Shown piece after piece: positions 57,858-64,000 of a stretch of DNA of 64,000 nt. Numbering within the stretch: position 1 is the stretch's first letter; every line of letters begins with the position of its first letter. Source of the DNA: Basidiobolus meristosporus CBS 931.73 (taxonomy: Eukaryota > Fungi > Basidiobolomycota); NCBI GenBank assembly GCA_002104905.1, contig MCFE01000103.1, positions 107,534 to 171,533 of the forward strand, written 5' to 3'. The notes beneath the pieces were generated by a model. The model did no database searches. It was not told the DNA's origin and saw only the letters and a program-made list of their open reading frames with translations. A program made the position numbers and the translations under genes.

Positions 57858-58115
57858 GCTGGGTAAGTATAACCGGGTCAATATCCAGATACGGCAGTTT
57901 CCTTGCTGGTATAAACCCAATGGGTCATGATTGTTACCTTGATTTATAGAGGTGGCGATAACGTTACAGTGGGATCAAAAGATTAAGATTTTGTTTTATG
58001 TGCTGTGATTAGCTGCCAGTTGTTTGCTTATGTTCTATAGTTGAGTACAGATTACAAAATTCAAAAACAACTATTATCCTCACAATCTTTGTGGACATGT
58101 CATACATCAAAGAGA

Positions 58116-58411
58116 GTAGGGTCAGGGGGGGAGGGAAAGTCACCATTACAGTGAAATCTTTATTTTTCAAAATAATTACAAAAATCACTAAGCTAAAAAA
58201 TAATGATGCCAGCTAAGAGTTTTTAAATCTGTGAAGTAATTAATCAAGCTTGAACTTAGCTTCTTATGTAAGATTTGTTGTAAGAGTCTTGGAGATACTG
58301 GAAGTGATTTGGAGGACAAGTAGATTATGTAGCTTTCACTTAATGATTTATTGAATGTAAAGTAATATTTATACTTTTACATGGTCTTGGCATTACAAAC
58401 ATCGTAGAATA
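58116..58411 (-). mobile_element. Decayed copy (unit D) of the telomere-associated retroelement 3' end
   Basis: GTAGGGTCAGGGGGGGAGGGAAAGTCACCATTACAGTGAAATCTTTATTT...GCCAGC closely parallels 60244-60330. Confidence 0.7.
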
Positions 58412-58624
58412 TGTTAGGGAAGGTCCCAAGAGCATGTGTGCAAAGTGTGGGGCAGTTTGGACAGCTTTGAGAATTTTCATGCTCTGGGTACCTGGTATTT
58501 TGGTGCAAATATTCTAAGTAAATGCCGACAAGGAATTTGGTCAGTATTCTCTAGGATTTGAGAGTAATGATCTAGGTGACTAAGTTAGGTGAATATTTAG
58601 GTGGAATTACAAACTTTTACAACA
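58412..58624 (-). repeat. Probable 3' LTR of the Copia element (~213 bp)
   Basis: TGTT...AACA termini; preceded on the minus strand by the purine tract GAGTGGGAG just after the RNase H stop. No partner LTR is available to confirm it. Confidence 0.6.
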
Positions 58625-60219
58625 CTCCCACTCAGCTAAATGTTCATACTGACTAGTCCTAATTTTGACCTAAGATATTCAAACTTGTCTCTAGCTAATG
58701 GTTTGGTAAATATGTTTGCAATCATTTCATCTGTTGGACAGTAAACTAAGCTAACTAAGTTATTCTCTATAGCTTCACATATGAAATGATGTCTAATGTC
58801 TATGTGTTTAGTTTTAGCATGAAAAGTTGTATTTCTACCTAATTGTATACATCCTTGATTATCTTGAAATAAGTGATAGGCTTTTTTTGACATAGGCCTA
58901 TATCTGTGAAGAAGCTTTCTTAACCACATTGCTTCTTTTGTAGCTTCACAGGCTGCCATATACTCTGCCTCTGTGGTGGAAAGTGCTACGGTTGGTTGCT
59001 TTCTTGAATTCCATGAAATTGCTCCTTTACAGTAAAGAAAGGTGTATCCTGTGGTGGATCTTCTGTCTTCCAAATTTTGTCCCCAATCAGCATCAGAGTA
59101 TCCCACAAGATCCTGTTCTGAATCCTTATAAGTGTATCTTAAGCAGATATCAGCATTTCCTTTTAGGTATCTAAAAATCCGCTTAACTGCTGCAATATGA
59201 TCAGATCCATGATTCTGATTATGTTGGCTAACAACTCCCACTGAATATGAGATATCTGGACATGTTCCAAGCATGATATATATCAGACTGCCGACCATAG
59301 ATTGATAAGGAAAGTCAGGGCTTTCAGATGGCACCAAGCTCTCTTGATTTGGTTGAGTTTTGACCAAGTTAAGGTTTGTCTCCATTGGGGTAGCTGCTGG
59401 TTTACAGTCTTCCATTTTGTACTTCTTTGGTATATCTTGAATATACTTGGATTGGCTTAGGGTAATAGTCTGGGTGCTTCTGTCTATGGAGAACCTAATC
59501 CCTAAGTAGTAACTAAGTTCTCCTAGATCGGACATCTTGAACTCCTTAGATAGGCTGGATTTAGTCTCTTCCAATGTTTCTAGGTTATTGGCAGCTATAA
59601 TAAGATCATCCACATATAGAGCTAATAGAACTGGATTTGCTCTATCTGGCTTAACGTATATACTATAGTCAGCATTACTTCTTTTGAAACTCAAAGATTC
59701 CAAATAAGAATCTATCTTGCAATTCCAGGCTCTTGGTGATTGTTTGAGACCATATAGTGACTTTTTAAGCTTGCAGACCAAATGGGGGTTATCTTGGTCA
59801 ACAAACCCATCAGGCAGGTCCATATACACATCCTCATCAAGTTCTCCATTCAAAAATGCAGTTTTTACATCCATTTGATGAATGAAAAACTTATATTTGG
59901 CTGCAATAGACAATATTAATCTGATGGAATTAAACTTGGCTACCGGTGCAAAGGTCTCAGTATAGTCAGGTCCTTTTGTTTGAGAGTATCCTTTGGCTAC
60001 AAGTCTTGCTTTGTATCTTTCAATTGTACCATCAGCCTTGTATTTTGTCTTGAAGACCCATCTGCACCCAATTGATTTTGGTTGATTGGTAATTTGACCA
60101 AGTCCCAAGTTTGATTTTCCATCAGGGCCTGATATTCCTCAATCATTGCAGATCTCCAAAACTTTGTCTGAGGGCTATTTAGGGCCTCTTTTACAGTCTG
60201 GGGTTCATCAATATGGACT
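58412..60219 (-). mobile_element. Ty1/copia retrotransposon, 5'-truncated (RT + RNase H only, one frameshift)
   Basis: EPQTVKEAL, KARLVAKGYSQ, QMDVKTAFLNG, LKKSLYGLKQSPRAW, YVDDL, YSDADW, STTEAEY, KHIDIRHHF. Gag, protease, integrase and 5' LTR are absent. Confidence 0.95.
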
Positions 60220-60253
60220 GGGTTAGGGTTAGGGTTAGGGTCTAGGGTTAGGG
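60220..60253 (+). repeat. Interstitial telomeric repeats (~5 TTAGGG-type units, one TCTAGGG variant)
   Basis: GGGTTAGGGTTAGGGTTAGGGTCTAGGGTTAGGG at the Copia/retroelement junction. Confidence 0.95.
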
Positions 60254-61170
60254 GAGGGAAAGTCACCAAAGTAGGTGAAATCTTTGTTTGATTTCAGACA
60301 AGTCTAACTACAAATAAAGAAGCCAGCTGGGAATAGAAGATTCCCAAAGTAAACACTAAGTTGAATATGAATAAATCTAAGCTAAAGTTAAGGCAGTATC
60401 CCAGAGTACACTGGAGTTCAGGTTCATGGGGGAGTGAAGTAGATAAGCTTGAGAGATATAATAATCTTTGAGGAAGTGGGTAACAGCAGGTGAAGGGGAG
60501 TTTTTGATAAGTGAAGTGAATCTTGAGAGCAGAGATTCCTCTAATGAGAAGGTCTTGTAAACTGGAGAATCAGGAAACTCTTTAAAGGCATGGTCAGTAG
60601 GTTCCCAGTAGAACTGGTCAGAGACATTTTGAGAGAACTCTTTAGCATTACTTTTGTCAAGTACTACCTCCAGAGTGTGATTGTTGATAAATCTCATGTT
60701 AACAATCTTGGATAAGTTGTAACCTTGTTGCTTGAGATACATCCTATGCTCAGATATAGGAATGAACTCAACATTGGCAAAGTAGCAGACAGCCCAGTCA
60801 GTAGCAGGAGGCAGATCAGAAGTAGAAGGAAACTTTCTTTTAGTCTTGGGAGGAGCAGCAGGATGTCTTGAGGAAGTAGGAACAGACTTTTTGACAGCTT
60901 CAGAGTAGGAAGAGTGAGCAGGAGCAGATAATTCTTGGGGAGTCTTGTTGGCAGGAAGAGTTGGCACAGGGACAATTGATTCTTGCAGATCAGAGAAGGC
61001 AGAAAACAGCTTTTGAACTTGCTTCTTGAGTAGAGCATTTTCAGCTTCAACAAGTGCAAGCCTTTCCTCCAGGAAAGAAATCTGAAGGGAATGGAGTGAA
61101 GGCATAAGAAATAAGAAGAAGAGGGTAGGATGGGGTGGGTGGGTGGGAAAATTAGCAGGGAGAAGAGAAG
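60251..61170 (-). mobile_element. Telomere-associated retroelement unit C: ORF1-only unit with the shared 3' terminal motif
   Basis: Pyrimidine-rich leader, 242-aa ORF, ~125-nt tail ending GATTTCACCTACTTTGGTGACTTTCCCTCCCC joined to (CCCTAA)n. Confidence 0.75.
60377..61105 (-). CDS. Putative ORF1/Gag-like protein (242 aa): N-terminal coiled coil, Pro/Ser linker, alpha/beta domain
   Basis: Intact ORF from ATG 61105: LEERLALVEAENALLKKQV heptads, SYSEAVKK, YFANVEFIPISEHRMYLKQQGYNLSKIVNMRFI...LEVVL. Typical non-LTR ORF1 architecture (inference). Confidence 0.65.
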   Translation of the reverse strand: MPSLHSLQISFLEERLALVEAENALLKKQVQKLFSAFSDLQESIVPVPTLPANKTPQELSAPAHSSYSEAVKKSVPTSSRHPAAPPKTKRKFPSTSDLPPATDWAVCYFANVEFIPISEHRMYLKQQGYNLSKIVNMRFINNHTLEVVLDKSNAKEFSQNVSDQFYWEPTDHAFKEFPDSPVYKTFSLEESLLSRFTSLIKNSPSPAVTHFLKDYYISQAYLLHSPMNLNSSVLWDTALTLA

Positions 61171-63167
61171 GGGGGGGGAGACAGTCACCAACAGGTGAAA
61201 TCTTTATTTCAGTTGAAACAAAGAAGCCAGCACTACTGTTGTAGCTTTGATACAAGAGTGTGTAGCTGAGGGGAATTTGTAGGTAAGTTAATAAGAAGTG
61301 ATGATAGTTCTTCAGTGCTCAAGACACTGTTGAGTGGGAAGGGGGGTAGCAAGAGAGGTAAGAATGACTTGTGAACAACATTAATGAGGGGAATGTGATA
61401 AGGATTGATATTCATCATAAAGGGAGTGTGCTGCTGCAGATATTGCTGCCAAAGGTCTGTCAAGTACTTCAGGTAGGCCAGCTTGGGTTTTTCTGACTGC
61501 AGAATAAATTCAGCAAACTTCTTGACTTCAGGATCTCCAAGTATAGTTCTCCAGCAGGAGCCAGGTGTTGTGTGGTGTATTCTCTTCCAGGCCTTAATCA
61601 GTGGGTTGTTGCAGTTGTGAAGTCTGAGGAATAATCTGGTTCTAAGGTAGAGAAGTCTGATCTTATAGGGCATAAACCCAAAAGCACCAAGAATAGCATG
61701 TCTGTAGGGGCATTCAGGCAAATGAGGCACCAAGGAGGTAATGCACCATACTGCAAACTTGTCAAGCTTAGTGCAGTCTCTAGATGTAAGAGAGAGAAGT
61801 GGTAAGCCAAATTCCAGGACAGGGAAGACAAACTGCTTGAGTAGAAGAAGGCAGCTGGGAGCTGAAGTTGTAGGAGGAGTAACAGCCAGTAGCTTGTGGA
61901 GTGCCTGTCTTGCCAGGATAATTCTCTTCTTCAGGTGTGCTCCAGAGTCTAGTCCAGTAGGAAGGAAAGGAAAGCCAAGATATGTAGCAGAAACCTGAGC
62001 AGGTAGAGTGGAGTTCTCCAAGTTGATGGGAGAGCCCAAAGGTACTGTCTTTGCAATGGAAAGCTGGAGATTATTCTTCTGCAGATACTGGTGGATGGTC
62101 TGGGAGTCTTGTTGCACATTGGAGGAGGATATTCTGATGTCATCAGCAAAGAGAGTAACCAGGCAGTCAGCTGAGAGTCTTGGGAAATCATTCAGGAAGA
62201 TGGCAAACAGTATAGGACCAAGCACAGAGCCTTGAACCACTCCATTAGGAACTGAGAACACAGCTGATTGCTCACTTGGGTGCAGAATTCTTGCTTGTGG
62301 ATCCAGAAACAGCGACCTGACAAGGAGGGTGAGAGAGGTACTGGAGAAGCATTGCAACTTGGACCAAAGCACATTTCTGTCAACAGAATCAAAGGCCTTA
62401 GTAATATCAAACAGAACAGAGGGATACTTGCACTGGAGAGAGTGATCTTAGCTAAGTATGACTGCATATTCCAAGGAGAGGCCAGGAACAAAGCCAAACT
62501 GTGCAGGATGAAACTTGAGGGAGTCAGAGTAGAGCTCCTGAGCAAGCAGAAGCTCAAACACCTTTCCGCAGGTGGGCAGCAGAGATATTGGCCTATAGGA
62601 GCTAGGATCCAGGTGCTTTCCTTTACCCTTGTACAGTGGCAGAACATTTGCAAAGGACCATTCCTCAGGAGTAGAAAGCTGGGCTGAGCATTGCTGAAAC
62701 AGTGGAAGCAGAAGTGCAGACATGGCGTTGGTACTAGTCTTCAGAAGCTCATAAGAGATTGTGTCCACACCTGGAGCAGTAGAGTTGGGAAGCCTCTTGA
62801 GCACATTATGGATTCTCCTTTGATCAAGTGCAAGTGGGATGGGCAGAGTGTTGAAGTCAGGATGAAAGCCAGGAGTTGAGTACTGCTTTGTAGAGAAGAA
62901 GATGTTAGCCAGCTGTTCTGTTGAAGGTAACTTCCTGGAAGAGGGCCTCATTGCCCTGTAGAGTCTTGATACTGTTCTTGTTATAGAGTTGGAAGATTGC
63001 AGAGGCAAGGAACTCATAATATGATCCCAGAGCTGAGTATGCAGAGTGTGGTGAATTGCCTTGGAGTGGTGTATTGCTGTCAGGAGGAGTTTCTCTGTTT
63101 TTGGGTTAGGGAAACTCAGGTAGCTTTGTTGCAGGGCTGAAACAATGGATTCCCATTTTCTTGAGGG
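61171..63167 (-). mobile_element. Telomere-associated retroelement unit B: 5'-truncated LINE-type RT with one premature stop
   Basis: One frame of ~645 codons: APGVDTI, WSFANVLPLYKGKG, YRPISLL, QFGF, DITKAFD, GVVQGSVLGP, FADD, YLG. In-frame TAA at 62448-62450. No endonuclease domain or CCHC visible. Confidence 0.92.
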
Positions 63168-63170
63168 TTA

Positions 63171-63769
63171 GGGGGGAGACAGTCACCAACAGGTGAAATC
63201 TTTATTTCAGTTGAAACAAAGAAGCCAGCGCTACTGTTGTAGCTTTGATACAAGAGTGTGTAGCTGAGGGGAATTTGTAGGTAAGTTAATAAGAAGTGAT
63301 GATAGTTCTTCAGTGCTCAAGACACTGTTCAGTGGGAAGGGGGGTAGCAAGAGAGGTAAGAATGACTTGTGAACAACATTAATGAGGGGAATGTGATAAG
63401 GATTGATATTCATCATAAAGGGAGTGTGCTGCTGCAGATATTGCTGCCAAAGGTCTGTCAAGTACTTCAGGTAGGCCAGCTTGGGTTTTTCTGACTGCAG
63501 AATATAGTGAGCAAACTTCTTGACTTCAGGATCTCCAAGTATAGTTCTCCAGCAGGAGCCAGGTGTTGTGTGGTGTGTTCTCTTCCAGGCCTTAATCAGT
63601 GGGTTGTTGCAGTGGTGAAGTCTGAGATATAATCTGGTTCTAAGGTAGAGAAGTCTGATCTTATAGGGCATAAACCCAAAAGCACCAAGAATAGCATGTC
63701 TGTAGGGGCATTCAGGCAAATGAGGCACCAAGGAGGTAATGCACCATACTGCAAACTTGTCAAGCTTAG
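63171..63769 (-). mobile_element. Telomere-associated retroelement unit A: 3' ~600 bp of the RT unit
   Basis: Colinear with 61173-61771 (offset 1998), 9 mismatches counted by eye, same 3' motif. Confidence 0.95.
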
Positions 63770-64000
63770 GGTTAGGGTAGGGTTAGGGTTAGGGTTAGGG
63801 TTAGGGTTAGGGTTAGGGTTAGGGTTAGGGTTAGGGTTAGGGTTAGGGTTAGGGTTAGGGTTAGGGTTAGGGTTAGGGTTAGGGTTAGGGTTAGGGTTAG
63901 GGTTAGGGTTAGGGTTAGGGTTAGGGTTAGGGTTAGGGTTAGGGTTAGGGTTAGGGTTAGGGTTAGGGTTAGGGTTAGGGTTAGGGTTAGGGTTAGGGTT
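63766..64000 (+). repeat. Telomere (TTAGGG)n, ~39 units
   Basis: Uninterrupted TTAGGG to the window end, with one TAGGG variant near 63777. G-rich strand runs 5'->3' toward the end. Confidence 0.99.

Noticed and set aside
59997-60269. ORF with PNPNPNP suggesting a fusion protein
   Set aside because: Chance in-frame translation of CCCTAA repeats into the broken Copia; no credible start.
61106-61255. 50-aa N-terminal extension of ORF1 overlapping the RT stop
   Set aside because: Crosses the B/C junction and the 3' motif from a non-ATG start; ATG 61105 is the more plausible start.
63103-63111. Internal GGGTTAGGG within unit B
   Set aside because: Lies in the open RT frame (encodes FPNP); a single 9-mer is not evidence of a junction.

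Overview
Eukaryotic (fungal) DNA forming the right end of a chromosome; the window ends in ~39 TTAGGG repeats (63766-64000). Short introns and the gene set suggest an early-diverging fungus (Zoopagomycota/Mucoromycota-like; inference only). Layout: (1) 1-7.8 kb is CpG-depleted repeat DNA: a decayed Ty3/gypsy chromovirus with a nested insertion in gag, plus an unidentified relic. (2) 7.8-57 kb is gene-rich: CCH1-like Ca channel, an inverted pair of near-identical secreted Gly/Tyr/Asp/Glu-rich proteins, TKL1, G-protein gamma subunit, GUP1, LYS12, VPS68, SAM synthetase, homeobox TF, WDR6/TRM734, MVD1, RNR2, histone H4, bHLH TF, TRM4/NSUN2, an AA11-type LPMO and a UNC-93-like MFS transporter. (3) 58-64 kb is the subtelomere and holds the most interesting system. 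A Copia element is cut off and capped by ~5 telomeric repeats. On top of these sits a head-to-tail stack of non-LTR retroelement units, all with 5' ends facing the telomere: an ORF1-only unit, a 5'-truncated LINE-type RT unit and a shorter RT fragment. All three end in the same hairpin-forming, C-rich, poly(A)-less 3' motif. A decayed fourth copy at ~58.1 kb may mark an older chromosome end. This resembles a two-component HeT-A/TART-like terminal retrotransposition system coexisting with telomerase. Spliced-gene boundaries were read by eye and are approximate.
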